Shown here one piece after another: positions 36,484 to 46,130 of a stretch of 64,000 nt of DNA (the stretch's first letter is position 1; each line of letters begins with the position of its first letter). The notes beneath the pieces were generated by a model, which saw nothing but the letters and a program-made list of their open reading frames with translations, searched no databases and was not told the origin of the DNA. The translations under genes were made by a program, and so were the position numbers. This DNA is from a virus: the IMG/VR virus record IMGVR_UViG_3300016471_001132, positions 32,001 through 96,000 of that record; one strand, 5' to 3'.

Positions 36484-37166
36484 GACTTGATGTAATCATT
36501 GAGATTATCTAGCACTAACCGCGCCACATCTTCATGTGCGGATTCTAGAGGATGCATGGTTGGGCTTATTTCATGACCACGAGCTTTGCTATATTCAACT
36601 ATATTTTTTCCATCGAACGCAGTCAAGTAGTCTTTGATTTCATTCTGGATAGGAATCATCCCAGGAGAAATATTCCATCGTTGATCTAGCACTAGATCAT
36701 CCATTGAAGTCATGATAAATTTTTGATTTTTTGACTGCAATATGTCTATAGAAGATTTGATAGATTGCAAGGTAGTCAGTTTGTCTCTGTGTTCGCTGTG
36801 CAAATCACGGTAGTAATATTTGGCAACTGTGTCAACATCGACAGGCATAATAGTCGACCAGCGGGCACCACCGCCAGGCCATGGAGCAGAGTCAGCTCGG
36901 ATGTAATCGAATCTATCTATCCAAGTCCATCCAATGACATACAGAGCAGGTTCTGGATCGGCCGATAATGCGTTTATCAACCTTTCCCATATCTGTAAAT
37001 TGCCTGATCCCGGTCGAGCATAGCATTCGTAGGTGTACCCTAGACTTTTAGCTACCAAGGCTGGCCAAGAAAATTTGCTGGGAGTAGCAAATTCAGTCCC
37101 GTGGCCATCATCGTGTAAATCGGTGCCAAATATAAGACTGCACCCAAAACTCTTGAGTTTCATCAA
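36480..37166 (-). CDS. Hypothetical protein (SGNH-like)
   Basis: FGCSLIFG, PGSGN, HP near the C-terminus. Confidence 0.55.
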   Translation of the reverse strand: MMKLKSFGCSLIFGTDLHDDGHGTEFATPSKFSWPALVAKSLGYTYECYARPGSGNLQIWERLINALSADPEPALYVIGWTWIDRFDYIRADSAPWPGGGARWSTIMPVDVDTVAKYYYRDLHSEHRDKLTTLQSIKSSIDILQSKNQKFIMTSMDDLVLDQRWNISPGMIPIQNEIKDYLTAFDGKNIVEYSKARGHEISPTMHPLESAHEDVARLVLDNLNDYIKS

Positions 37167-37188
37167 ATTCTAGATTGTGTTGGTGTGT

Positions 37189-37746
37189 TTATATACCAGA
37201 TGCGGACTGTAGTGCGCGGATATCTTGATCTCGTTCGTAGATCTGCACAGTATCCAACCCAGCTGCGGCACGCATCTCATTGAGATCTTTTTCGTGTTGC
37301 TGGCGATACTCTTTGGGACTCAATGGAATCATGCTGGCAAAATTCGCTTCACTGAAGGGCATGGATTTGTCATCGCTGTGGATGGTCCAGTCTGAGGCTT
37401 GGTATTCTGTCAGCGTGTTGAGATCGTCTAACATACCAGCCACTTGTCGAGCAGCAGCTGATCTGCGGCGCATCTCTACATAGACTAGATAACGACCAGG
37501 GGATATTTCGCCAGGGCTGATATCAGCGTCTAACACCCAATCATACCCTTGCTCAAACCATGTCATGAGATCTCGTGCTGCCATCTTGCTCCGGACGAAA
37601 AAACTCAATACCAAGATATCGTCATCATCACCCATCTTGCTGGCAAACTCATCTACATGAATAGTAGGCTTGAGCATGCCGTCAAGGTCCTGGTATTCTA
37701 GTCCTTCAAGCAGGAGTGGGTGCTGTGATTTCAGGGGCTGATTCAT
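37189..37746 (-). CDS. Hypothetical phage protein
   Basis: 185 aa; IHVDEFASKMG. Confidence 0.7.
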   Translation of the reverse strand: MNQPLKSQHPLLLEGLEYQDLDGMLKPTIHVDEFASKMGDDDDILVLSFFVRSKMAARDLMTWFEQGYDWVLDADISPGEISPGRYLVYVEMRRRSAAARQVAGMLDDLNTLTEYQASDWTIHSDDKSMPFSEANFASMIPLSPKEYRQQHEKDLNEMRAAAGLDTVQIYERDQDIRALQSASGI

Positions 37747-38278
37747 CTTTTTGGTATTCTTGTTGATCTAGATCTTCTTCGTAGGCCGAATCGAGTTCTT
37801 CGAGATCGATCTCTTGATCGGCCAATTCGATACTACCGGTGCGGATGTCACTCATTAGGCTTTTAGGAATCACGATCTCCACCAGCCATACCGGTTTGCG
37901 AACCAGTCGAGCCTTGTGTGTGCCAGCGATGAAATCATCTGGATCGTCGATCTTGATGGGGATCTTGATCGTTGTTTTTTTGAAACGCACAATACAATCA
38001 AAAGGCAACAAACGGCGTGCTCCGCGGGGGTCCGGCATGAGTTTCTCCGGATACATGAATATGCAACCCACAGTGTACCGCCCTACTTCGGGTCCTTGTA
38101 CCAATTCACCCAACTGCCAATTACGGAAAGCATACAAATCCATCTGATCTAGCACACGCTCAAAATCCATCAGGGTCTGTAGGCTTCCTTCACTGAGATA
38201 GATTCCCTTGATCTCATCAGCTACTAACCAATAATCTTCTTGGTTTTTAAAGATATCGCTGTCTAGTTTGCTACGCAT
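37706..38278 (-). CDS. Hypothetical phage protein
   Basis: TAAATA precedes ATG 38278. Confidence 0.7.
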   Translation of the reverse strand: MRSKLDSDIFKNQEDYWLVADEIKGIYLSEGSLQTLMDFERVLDQMDLYAFRNWQLGELVQGPEVGRYTVGCIFMYPEKLMPDPRGARRLLPFDCIVRFKKTTIKIPIKIDDPDDFIAGTHKARLVRKPVWLVEIVIPKSLMSDIRTGSIELADQEIDLEELDSAYEEDLDQQEYQKDESAPEITAPTPA

Positions 38279-38418
38279 GTGATTATTTATGGTGCGGAGT
38301 TGATATGGCTGTGTTTGAATATAATCAACCAAGCCTAATACTTATATCGCAGTTACAAAGATTACACTGGTAGAGAACTTCCCTTGTTCCTTACCTAAAT
38401 ACCGTTGGGTAGCGAATT

Positions 38419-39189
38419 ATGTTCAAAGGAGAACCGCATTTGAGCAGAGCAAGAGGAGCCAAGGCGCAACGCCGTCAGGCACAGCAATTCCAGCACCAAG
38501 TCTTAGAAAATACCATCAATTTCCGCCCACAAGCGGCACCCCGACCCAGACCTGTAGAATTACGCCCTAAGAGCATAGGACAGGAACGATTGATCCTAAG
38601 CTTGCTAGATGATTCTAACGTCATCTCTGTGGCCATAGGTCCAGCGGGCACGGGCAAGAGTTATCTCGCCATGTTGGCTGCTATACGGGCACTCAAACAA
38701 GGCGATTGCGAGCGTATAGTGCTCACTCGCCCGGCCGTGGGGGTAGACGATGAAAAACATGGTTTCTTACCAGGAGATCTCAATGCCAAAATGGAGCCAT
38801 GGACTAGACCTCTATTAGACATTTTGAGAGAGTATTACCACCCTCGAGAAATTGCCAAGATGCTGGAAGATCAGATCATAGAAATCTCTCCCCTGGCATT
38901 CATGAGAGGACGCACCTTTAAAAATGCCTGGATCGTAGCGGATGAAATGCAAAATGCCACGCCCAGCCAGATGAAGATGCTGTTGACACGCATCGGTCAA
39001 GGGAGCCGCATCGCTGTAACAGGTGATGTGGAGCAGGCCGATCGCACCACTGCCAACAACGGATTGCTAGATCTTGCAGTAAGGTTACAACAGCAAGGTA
39101 TCGAGGGTCTGGCGGTGTGTCATTTGGATGCGCGAGACATCCAGCGCCATCCTATGATTGGACCGGTTCTGGCACTGTATCAGGACTAG
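38419..39189 (+). CDS. phoH: PhoH-like ATPase
   Basis: GPAGTGKS, LTRPAV, GFLPG, AFMRGRT, DEMQN, GDVEQ. Confidence 0.95.
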   Translation: MFKGEPHLSRARGAKAQRRQAQQFQHQVLENTINFRPQAAPRPRPVELRPKSIGQERLILSLLDDSNVISVAIGPAGTGKSYLAMLAAIRALKQGDCERIVLTRPAVGVDDEKHGFLPGDLNAKMEPWTRPLLDILREYYHPREIAKMLEDQIIEISPLAFMRGRTFKNAWIVADEMQNATPSQMKMLLTRIGQGSRIAVTGDVEQADRTTANNGLLDLAVRLQQQGIEGLAVCHLDARDIQRHPMIGPVLALYQD

Positions 39190-39460
39190 AAGGAGGTATT
39201 TCAACGATCTTGAGGCCATGGAAAGCCTCAAGATCCTCAATCATCTTTTGATAGTGCTGATGGTAGAAGTCGCGGATCTTCCACCAGTCTTTGGGCACAG
39301 TGACTCCGTCCATGGTACTTTGTAAAACCTGCTGTGTTTTGAAATCCAAGATCACAGCAGCGGTTTGGATGTCTCTGGTTCGAAGATTTTTACTGGCAGT
39401 GACTATTTCGTCTAGTTTACCAGTGGGTTTTCGGATATATTTCACTATAAAGTATCTCAT
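39152..39460 (-). CDS. Hypothetical protein
   Basis: 102 aa; convergent overlap with phoH. Confidence 0.7.
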   Translation of the reverse strand: MRYFIVKYIRKPTGKLDEIVTASKNLRTRDIQTAAVILDFKTQQVLQSTMDGVTVPKDWWKIRDFYHQHYQKMIEDLEAFHGLKIVEIPPSSPDTVPEPVQS

Positions 39461-40569
39461 TTACGATATTTGACCATGATTGATTGATAGGTATCTAAAT
39501 GTTTTGCTTTGGGGGCGCACAGCCCGCAAAAGCATGCTTGCTTTTGGCACTGGATCACTGGCATGCTGTCTTTTTCAAGATGGTGTTTGGTCCAATCTAA
39601 CAGATCTTGGCTATTGCTCAACGACCCAATCGGTCCCACGTTACCATCAAAGGACATCTTGCAATCTTTATTCACAAAGATTTCTTCAGTGATTTGTTTG
39701 ACATGTAGGAAAAATTCATTCACGCTACAGAACCAATTTGGAAATCTATTCTGCACGAACGATAGTCTAGAGGATCTGTCCTGGTCAAGACATACTTGGC
39801 GGCCGCCGCAGCAGGACCGACCGACAGCGGCCATGTTAACACTGGTTTCTTTGTCAAGTCTTGACAGATCAACTGTAGACTTGTAGCTCCGCTTGTTATA
39901 GAGTTTTTCGAAAAACATGATCTGCCTATTGTCATAGTTGAATCTGGTGGCTGTGATAGGATGGTCTATCTGCTTGGGGAGACATGCAATACCATGGTCA
40001 GCACACCATTGGACCATGGCTACAGAGAGATCAAATAACTCTCCTTTGTTGTGCATCATGGCTATACACTTCAATCTTGATCCATATTTTTGTATAGCCA
40101 ACAGATTTTTTTTAAACTGATCATGCTGTTTCTTACTATTTTGTGGATGAAAACTGACAGTGAATTCATCAACCAAAGGAATTATCTGTTCAAATTTTTT
40201 CGATGATACAATGGCGTTGGTAGTACAAGTCACAGTCAAGGGCCAACTTGTCTGGTAATCGGCATGGCGCTCTTTGATATATTGTAATATAGTGACTATA
40301 TCTGGATGATGCAGACTTTCTCCACCATACACGTTTATCACCACATCTCTTATGCCTTTGGCTTTTTTGCTCATATACAGATCAGTATAGGCCAACATAA
40401 AATCCACCGACTTTTTGCAACGATCCAGAGGCGGGTGTTTCGTGGAATTATCGTGGCCTGCGCAATAATCGCAATCCAGATTACATTTGAATGTCAATTC
40501 CCAATCTAATAGGAATGTCATCCTATTATTCGGATTTATTGCAGGTTCTAATACCAAAAAATCAGACAT
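39457..40569 (-). CDS. Radical SAM protein
   Basis: CNLDCDYC, GGESL, extra C-terminal Cys cluster (SPASM/twitch-like). Confidence 0.88.
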   Translation of the reverse strand: MSDFLVLEPAINPNNRMTFLLDWELTFKCNLDCDYCAGHDNSTKHPPLDRCKKSVDFMLAYTDLYMSKKAKGIRDVVINVYGGESLHHPDIVTILQYIKERHADYQTSWPLTVTCTTNAIVSSKKFEQIIPLVDEFTVSFHPQNSKKQHDQFKKNLLAIQKYGSRLKCIAMMHNKGELFDLSVAMVQWCADHGIACLPKQIDHPITATRFNYDNRQIMFFEKLYNKRSYKSTVDLSRLDKETSVNMAAVGRSCCGGRQVCLDQDRSSRLSFVQNRFPNWFCSVNEFFLHVKQITEEIFVNKDCKMSFDGNVGPIGSLSNSQDLLDWTKHHLEKDSMPVIQCQKQACFCGLCAPKAKHLDTYQSIMVKYRK

Positions 40570-41488
40570 CTCTCAGAGAGCCCAGTTCGATCATGGTCGC
40601 CGCGAGATTGATCTCTTGATCGGCCACCATGGGTATGTTTGCGATGCCGTTGCGTATGATCACGATGGCCTGGTCTTGCTTTTCAGGATCAGTGCTCCAT
40701 AATTCAAGATTGTCATACATCCAACGGAACACTTCTTCCATCTCCTCGGGTCGCACCGCTGAACACATCAATTTCCTTGCCTCTAATACACGACCTTGTT
40801 TGAAGAGATCTACCACATCCAGTTTCCATTCCCGTACACCACCTTCGTCGCCGTGTGGTTTGTCAAGACGGCCTGCAGTTGAGTTCATCTGGCAAGTATT
40901 CAAGCATTTGCGCAGATCTGGGTAAGTGGCTTTGACATAAGTGTCTAGTGTGTCGAGATCAAACTCCACAGACTCAGTGACGAGAACAGTAGCGATACGA
41001 GCAGTAAACTCAGTGACATCGACTTTTTCAATATGGAATCCCTGGCATCTCGAATGTAGAGCAGGAATAACACGGTTAGGATAGTTACAGGTAAGGATAA
41101 ATCTAGCACTGGCATGATAAGTCTCCATGACGCCGCGGAGGGCTGCTTGTCCATTGGGACTGATATAATCAGCCTCGTCGAGTAACACAACCTTGAATGA
41201 TCCAAACGGCATTGTTTGTACGAATCCAGTGATCTTGTCTCTGATGGTATCTACAGAGTTTTCACGGCTGGCGTTTATCTCCAACACATCATAGTCGTCG
41301 ATCTCTAACTCGTTGATCAGGATCTTGGCTAGTGTGGTCTTGCCCACGCCCGGCGCACCTGAAAACAACAGATGCGGAATCGCCTTGGCATCGATCCAGG
41401 ATTGTACCTGTTTGCGTTGGGCATCATCGCGGAACACATAGTCGGCTACTGTGCGTGGTCGATACTTTTCTGTCCAGAGTTCTTTCAC
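40562..41488 (-). CDS. Sliding-clamp loader subunit (T4 gp44/RFC-like)
   Basis: LWTEKYRP, GAPGVGKT, NAS, DEAD, SRC. Confidence 0.93.
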   Translation of the reverse strand: MKELWTEKYRPRTVADYVFRDDAQRKQVQSWIDAKAIPHLLFSGAPGVGKTTLAKILINELEIDDYDVLEINASRENSVDTIRDKITGFVQTMPFGSFKVVLLDEADYISPNGQAALRGVMETYHASARFILTCNYPNRVIPALHSRCQGFHIEKVDVTEFTARIATVLVTESVEFDLDTLDTYVKATYPDLRKCLNTCQMNSTAGRLDKPHGDEGGVREWKLDVVDLFKQGRVLEARKLMCSAVRPEEMEEVFRWMYDNLELWSTDPEKQDQAIVIIRNGIANIPMVADQEINLAATMIELGSLRDV

Positions 41489-41489
41489 A

Positions 41490-41714
41490 CTATTCCTTTT
41501 TCAAAATCTTGATCAAGCGTTGTTTTTCCCATTGGTCTTCTTCCGAAAATGTAGGGAGTTTTTTATATTCATCATCTAACCAACATTTTAACAGATAAAG
41601 TTCATGCTTGCAAGAGCGACTTGTCCAACCGTCGTTGTAAGGGGATTTGATTTCACCCAAGCTGGCCGAGATAGCTCTAGCAGCCTCGGTGAGATCAGGT
41701 TTTTGGAAACCCAT
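41490..41714 (-). CDS. Hypothetical protein
   Basis: 74 aa, coupled. Confidence 0.65.
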   Translation of the reverse strand: MGFQKPDLTEAARAISASLGEIKSPYNDGWTSRSCKHELYLLKCWLDDEYKKLPTFSEEDQWEKQRLIKILKKE

Positions 41715-42079
41715 CAGCCAGTGACGGCGTCAGATATGGTGTCGTCGGAGCCAGGATGCTCGTCCGACACGAGCAGGATATCTTTGGGATCGATGCGGCG
41801 TATGGTCTTGGTGCCTGTGTCGTCTTGTATGTCAAGTCCGCGAGTCCACCGGCCGTGTGCTACACAGATCCATTGCCCAACCTGCACATCTTTCTGCTCT
41901 GGGCCCACTGCATAGACTTGTCCCCACCGTGGACGGATGCCATCGCTTTTGCCGTTGTCGCTGGGCAGTATGATGCCTGAACTCAGTTGTCGACCTTTGA
42001 ATTCCATGTCTTTGACTATGACTGAATCATTGAGGGGGCGGATTTCCCTTATCACTGTGGGGCTGAATGCTGGTTTCAT
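41714..42079 (-). CDS. GroES-like co-chaperonin
   Basis: IRPLNDSVIV, SGIILP, GQVYAVGP, VQVG. Confidence 0.88.
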   Translation of the reverse strand: MKPAFSPTVIREIRPLNDSVIVKDMEFKGRQLSSGIILPSDNGKSDGIRPRWGQVYAVGPEQKDVQVGQWICVAHGRWTRGLDIQDDTGTKTIRRIDPKDILLVSDEHPGSDDTISDAVTG

Positions 42080-42534
42080 ATTTTCCTTACACCAGGAGTT
42101 TGTTGGGCCACTTCGCGTGGAGTTTTCAGTGGTTCTTGTTTTACCTGCCGGGCTCTAGCGATGGCAGCAGCCAGGCCTTGACCCGGTGCTTCGGGCGCAG
42201 TAGATCCCTGTGCGACAGGTTTAGACGCCGCAGTCACTGGTTTATCTTGAATAGGCCTTTGGAAATCGTCATCGAAATCCTCGGGTGGTGTTGGGATTTC
42301 AATATCAGCGGCGCTGGTTGGTACCCGGGAGTCGCTGGTATTGGTTGTCTGGCGACGATACTGACGCGCTACTTGTTGATTGCGGGTGGCCACTGGACGA
42401 TTATTGCTGTCGATAAGATCACCACGAGCGTTGACTTTTTGGTTGCCCACAGCCCGGACATTTTCGTTCCGTAATTGCAGGGCACCGATGTCAACGGTTT
42501 TGCCCTGGGCGGTGCGATATATTCTGCGTGTCAT
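42076..42534 (-). CDS. Hypothetical protein
   Basis: YRTAQGKTVD..NENVRAVGN.KVNARGD. Confidence 0.7.
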   Translation of the reverse strand: MTRRIYRTAQGKTVDIGALQLRNENVRAVGNQKVNARGDLIDSNNRPVATRNQQVARQYRRQTTNTSDSRVPTSAADIEIPTPPEDFDDDFQRPIQDKPVTAASKPVAQGSTAPEAPGQGLAAAIARARQVKQEPLKTPREVAQQTPGVRKI

Positions 42535-42560
42535 TGGATTCCCTCTTGTTGTGATGATAT

Positions 42561-43073
42561 TTAACGCAAAAATTCTCTAGGGTCTAAATCATAGTACATG
42601 CTATCGATCTTGTGAACGCCCAAGAGATATAAGACATAACTGGCCACAGAACTCCCACGGCCCACTCCCCAGATGATGGAATTTTGTTGCATGACATCCA
42701 CGAGATACTTCATGTATCTCAAGAGATCAAACATTCCATGCTCTTGATAAAGCAGCAATTCCTGTCCTACACGCTGTAATTGTTCCTGAGAACTGCACAG
42801 AGACAGCACATGTTCGGCGATATCCATGTTTCTATAATCATCCGGCATGTACCAGTTTTCCTGTTGTTGCCGATGGAATTCTGGCACAGAACACGCATGG
42901 AATCTCTGCTGTCTGAGATCTGGTACAGGGTCTATGTCATCTGGAAATCTAGACAGATCCACTGATTGATCCACGATCATGTTTTGGATGCTGCCTATGT
43001 CTCGACCTTGCATGATCAGGTCGATCACATCATCCTCTGAGAAAATCATTTCTCCGAATTTATTTGTTTGCAT
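42561..43073 (-). CDS. Truncated DNA polymerase III alpha (DnaE)-like fragment
   Basis: ELLLYQ..FDLL...WGVGRGSSVASYVLYLLGVHKID; stops before the PDxDxD catalytic motif. Confidence 0.8.
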   Translation of the reverse strand: MQTNKFGEMIFSEDDVIDLIMQGRDIGSIQNMIVDQSVDLSRFPDDIDPVPDLRQQRFHACSVPEFHRQQQENWYMPDDYRNMDIAEHVLSLCSSQEQLQRVGQELLLYQEHGMFDLLRYMKYLVDVMQQNSIIWGVGRGSSVASYVLYLLGVHKIDSMYYDLDPREFLR

Positions 43074-43656
43074 CGTCATCAAATCTGCCAAAAACCACTG
43101 TGTCAGTATTGGAAGATTTATCATCGTTCCAGTCGAGATCATGATCTTTCCATTCAGGAAGCCGTCCCAGATTGACTACCTTGTCTGTGACATTGTATCG
43201 AGTCATGCTCCAGACAGGTCGTGGATCTTGCCACCATCCAGATTGTGCCAAAGGTCCGATGGATTCTTTCCAGTTGTGTAGATAACTCATTGAATCACCT
43301 GCACGGCTCCAGATTTCTACATCAGTGATCATGATGCGATCTTCCATCACAGCATTGAGTTTGGAGCATAACATGATTCCCACGATCTGGTCTACGGGTT
43401 CCACAGGAAAGGCCATGATTCTGGCGCCAGTGTCCTTCCATTGTTTAATGTTTCCTTGTGCTTCATCGATGAAGATGGCACCGTCTAGTATTTCGTTGAA
43501 CCAGAATTTCATCCGTTCGTAGGCTAGATTTTGCTCCACGGGATCTTCCGTTGCTGTGAGCATTTCTAATTGTGCTGTGTAATGGTTGATCAAGAACTGG
43601 CCGTTGTACACCACGCCCGAATACCAACTAAAAGTTTTCTTTAATCTAACATTCAT
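43060..43656 (-). CDS. Hypothetical protein
   Basis: 198 aa, coupled. Confidence 0.7.
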   Translation of the reverse strand: MNVRLKKTFSWYSGVVYNGQFLINHYTAQLEMLTATEDPVEQNLAYERMKFWFNEILDGAIFIDEAQGNIKQWKDTGARIMAFPVEPVDQIVGIMLCSKLNAVMEDRIMITDVEIWSRAGDSMSYLHNWKESIGPLAQSGWWQDPRPVWSMTRYNVTDKVVNLGRLPEWKDHDLDWNDDKSSNTDTVVFGRFDDDANK

Positions 43657-43892
43657 GAAATATCGATCTTGTCACCAAAATCAGGATTGTTCTTTGAACT
43701 CTTTTCCCACTCTTCTTGCTGCAGTTGGCGTAATTTATTCTGATAGGTTTCCAGAGCCATGCGGACTTGTTGTGTGAGAAAATCATTGCCAGAACGATGC
43801 GCCCAACCCAATTTCTTGGTGAGATCAGAGACCTTGGCCTGGAGTTGTTCCATGCTCAATGAGTCGGCATCGGTTATCAGTGGATGTTCCAT
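43653..43892 (-). CDS. Hypothetical protein
   Basis: 79 aa helical. Confidence 0.7.
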   Translation of the reverse strand: MEHPLITDADSLSMEQLQAKVSDLTKKLGWAHRSGNDFLTQQVRMALETYQNKLRQLQQEEWEKSSKNNPDFGDKIDIS

Positions 43893-43913
43893 AAATGAAA
43901 AGCCCTTGATACT

Positions 43914-43942
43914 ATTTTAGCATCAAGGGCCACGATTGTCAA
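43914..43942 (-). promoter_or_regulatory. Sigma70-type promoter
   Basis: TTGACA-17-TAAAAT. Confidence 0.75.
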
Positions 43943-43952
43943 ACTATTTTGG

Positions 43953-44861
43953 TTAACCGAACACGCATCCGTTGTTGCCCACACAGCACCATTTGGCATT
44001 GGTGTACAGCAGTGTGCAGCCGTCCCCAACGTCACCAAAAGTGATGGTACCGGATCCGCCCCAAGCAGGGTTGGTCACTGTGATCACCATGTCGCCGCCA
44101 CCGTCCGTGGTCATGGCAAACATCTTGACCTGTCCGTCGGTACCAGCTGCCAAGGTAGCAGTTTCTCCTGTGGCACCAGTGGCGATGTAGGTCACTGGTA
44201 ATGTGGTGCTTACTGCGGCAGCGTTGGCTAGATCTTCGCTGCCAGTCAAGAACAATGGGTTGGTAAACACGTTCAGCGGCCGGTTGAGATCAAATATGGA
44301 TATGTTGCTGCCGCCGTTGTTGGTCTCAAACTCAAACTCGTAAACTCCAGTGGCGCCGAAAGTGATCACATTGCCTGACAGTCCCTGGATGCCAGTGTTG
44401 TTGACATTGACTGCTGTGGGCAAGGTCAAGGTATGTAGCACATTGGCGACGTTGGCCTGAACACGAGCACGGCTAGTGGTGCCCGAGGCGCTGAAGTTTG
44501 TGAATGCCAAGGATATCGTACCAGCACTGCCTGAAGTTGAGAAAGTGTAATACGGTCCCGCGGAGTAGTCTATAGTGGCAGTATTACCAGTGGTCAGTGT
44601 GCCCAGGGCCACCCTTGTCTCGCTCATGTCCTGCAGTTGCGCATCAATCAGCAGAGATCCGCCCATGTTGTTGTTTAATGTGGTTCCGGTCAGAGCAGAT
44701 TTCAGTACAGCTTTGGTCTGCAGATCCGTGATCTCAGATGCAGCGTAGGTAAAATTGGTCTTGGTAGCCGTGAAATTATCCCGGAAACCTTGGCTGTTGT
44801 TGTCCTGGCCCGCTACTGGATAGGTGCCATCTATGTTGTTTGGGTTGATCGACGAAGTCAT
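43953..44861 (-). CDS. Virion structural protein (tail/baseplate associated)
   Basis: YPVAGQDNNSQGFRDNF N-terminus; Thr/Gly/Asn-rich; late motif upstream. Confidence 0.65.
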   Translation of the reverse strand: MTSSINPNNIDGTYPVAGQDNNSQGFRDNFTATKTNFTYAASEITDLQTKAVLKSALTGTTLNNNMGGSLLIDAQLQDMSETRVALGTLTTGNTATIDYSAGPYYTFSTSGSAGTISLAFTNFSASGTTSRARVQANVANVLHTLTLPTAVNVNNTGIQGLSGNVITFGATGVYEFEFETNNGGSNISIFDLNRPLNVFTNPLFLTGSEDLANAAAVSTTLPVTYIATGATGETATLAAGTDGQVKMFAMTTDGGGDMVITVTNPAWGGSGTITFGDVGDGCTLLYTNAKWCCVGNNGCVFG

Positions 44862-44891
44862 CTTTGCATCCTAAATTATGGTGTATTTAGC

Positions 44892-46112
44892 CTAGGATCG
44901 GAGCCAGTGCCCTTGAAAATAAGTAGAAGTGCCCGACCCAGATGTTGCAAAAACAGACAGTGCGGCAGTAGTAAATAAGTCACAGTAAATATAGTCAGTG
45001 GTTCCATTTAAGTAAATTAGACAATTCAGTGTTGAAATTGGTTGAAACCCGTTGATCCCAGGATATGATCCTAGTTTAGTTACAATGCCATTTTTTGCCA
45101 GCCTGATGAGTATTGCAATATTTGATAACGAATCTGTTGGAAAAACTTGAACAGATGCATTAATTTGATACCAGCCGGCTACAGTTGGAGTGAATCTACC
45201 ATTAGATGTATTGAAACAATTTGCAGAATCTAATTCTTTGTTTTGAAACAATAATGTTAAATTAGTCGGCGCGACAGGAATAACCTGCGGCGAAGTTTGT
45301 ATAGCACTAAACGAAGGGCCGCTAATACCAGTCAACTGCGTGCCGCTACCTATAAATGCATTTGCCGTAACATCGCCAGTAACTGAAAGATTAGTTCCTA
45401 TAGAAGCACTAGTGGCAATGGATAGATTGCCGCTTGATACTATATAAGCACCTCTCACAGGCCCAGTAGAATACAGATCGCTGCCTTGGACTGCGCCTGC
45501 AGTGAGAAATGCGCTGCCCTGCACACGCTGTGTGGCCACAACATTGCCTGTGGTGGTGATGTTTCCACCCACGATATTGCCAAAAGCTGTGACGCCGCCC
45601 ACAGTGGCTTCTAATGTATAACCAGTGACTGCACCATTGGCTGTTAAGTTACCGCCTGTGATAGTACGACTGGAATTGATGACACCATTGGTGACAATGT
45701 TCCCGCCCTGGATGTTTCCGGAGACAGTGACCGGTCCAGAAAAAATACCATTGGCTCCTATGATTGACGCAGTGGTGGTGACATTGCCGGTTAAGCTGGT
45801 CAATGCTCCTGTGTATGTCGGCAAGTAAGAGGCCACATTGGAATTACCGTAATTGTTGCTATCGATGCTGCTCAATATAGAAACACCGTTGGCCCAATAA
45901 TAACCCGGCGCATACATGCCGCCTGATAATGTGCGTATATTTCCAGATACTATTAACGATGTCAGCTGACCCACGGAGGTGATCACAGGCTGTGCCGATG
46001 CAGTCACAGTGCCGGCAGTGTCGGCCGCTGCTTTGACATTGGCGAAGTTGGCATCCAGTTCGCTGAGGGCTATATTGCCAGTTTGATTGGCAAAGATGTA
46101 AGGTACTGTCAT
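44892..46112 (-). CDS. Tail fibre/spike protein
   Basis: ELDANF N-terminus, GNIxGGN beta-helix repeats, C1q-like C-terminus. Confidence 0.65.
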   Translation of the reverse strand: MTVPYIFANQTGNIALSELDANFANVKAAADTAGTVTASAQPVITSVGQLTSLIVSGNIRTLSGGMYAPGYYWANGVSILSSIDSNNYGNSNVASYLPTYTGALTSLTGNVTTTASIIGANGIFSGPVTVSGNIQGGNIVTNGVINSSRTITGGNLTANGAVTGYTLEATVGGVTAFGNIVGGNITTTGNVVATQRVQGSAFLTAGAVQGSDLYSTGPVRGAYIVSSGNLSIATSASIGTNLSVTGDVTANAFIGSGTQLTGISGPSFSAIQTSPQVIPVAPTNLTLLFQNKELDSANCFNTSNGRFTPTVAGWYQINASVQVFPTDSLSNIAILIRLAKNGIVTKLGSYPGINGFQPISTLNCLIYLNGTTDYIYCDLFTTAALSVFATSGSGTSTYFQGHWLRS

Positions 46113-46130
46113 TTTAATCTCTCAGCATAT

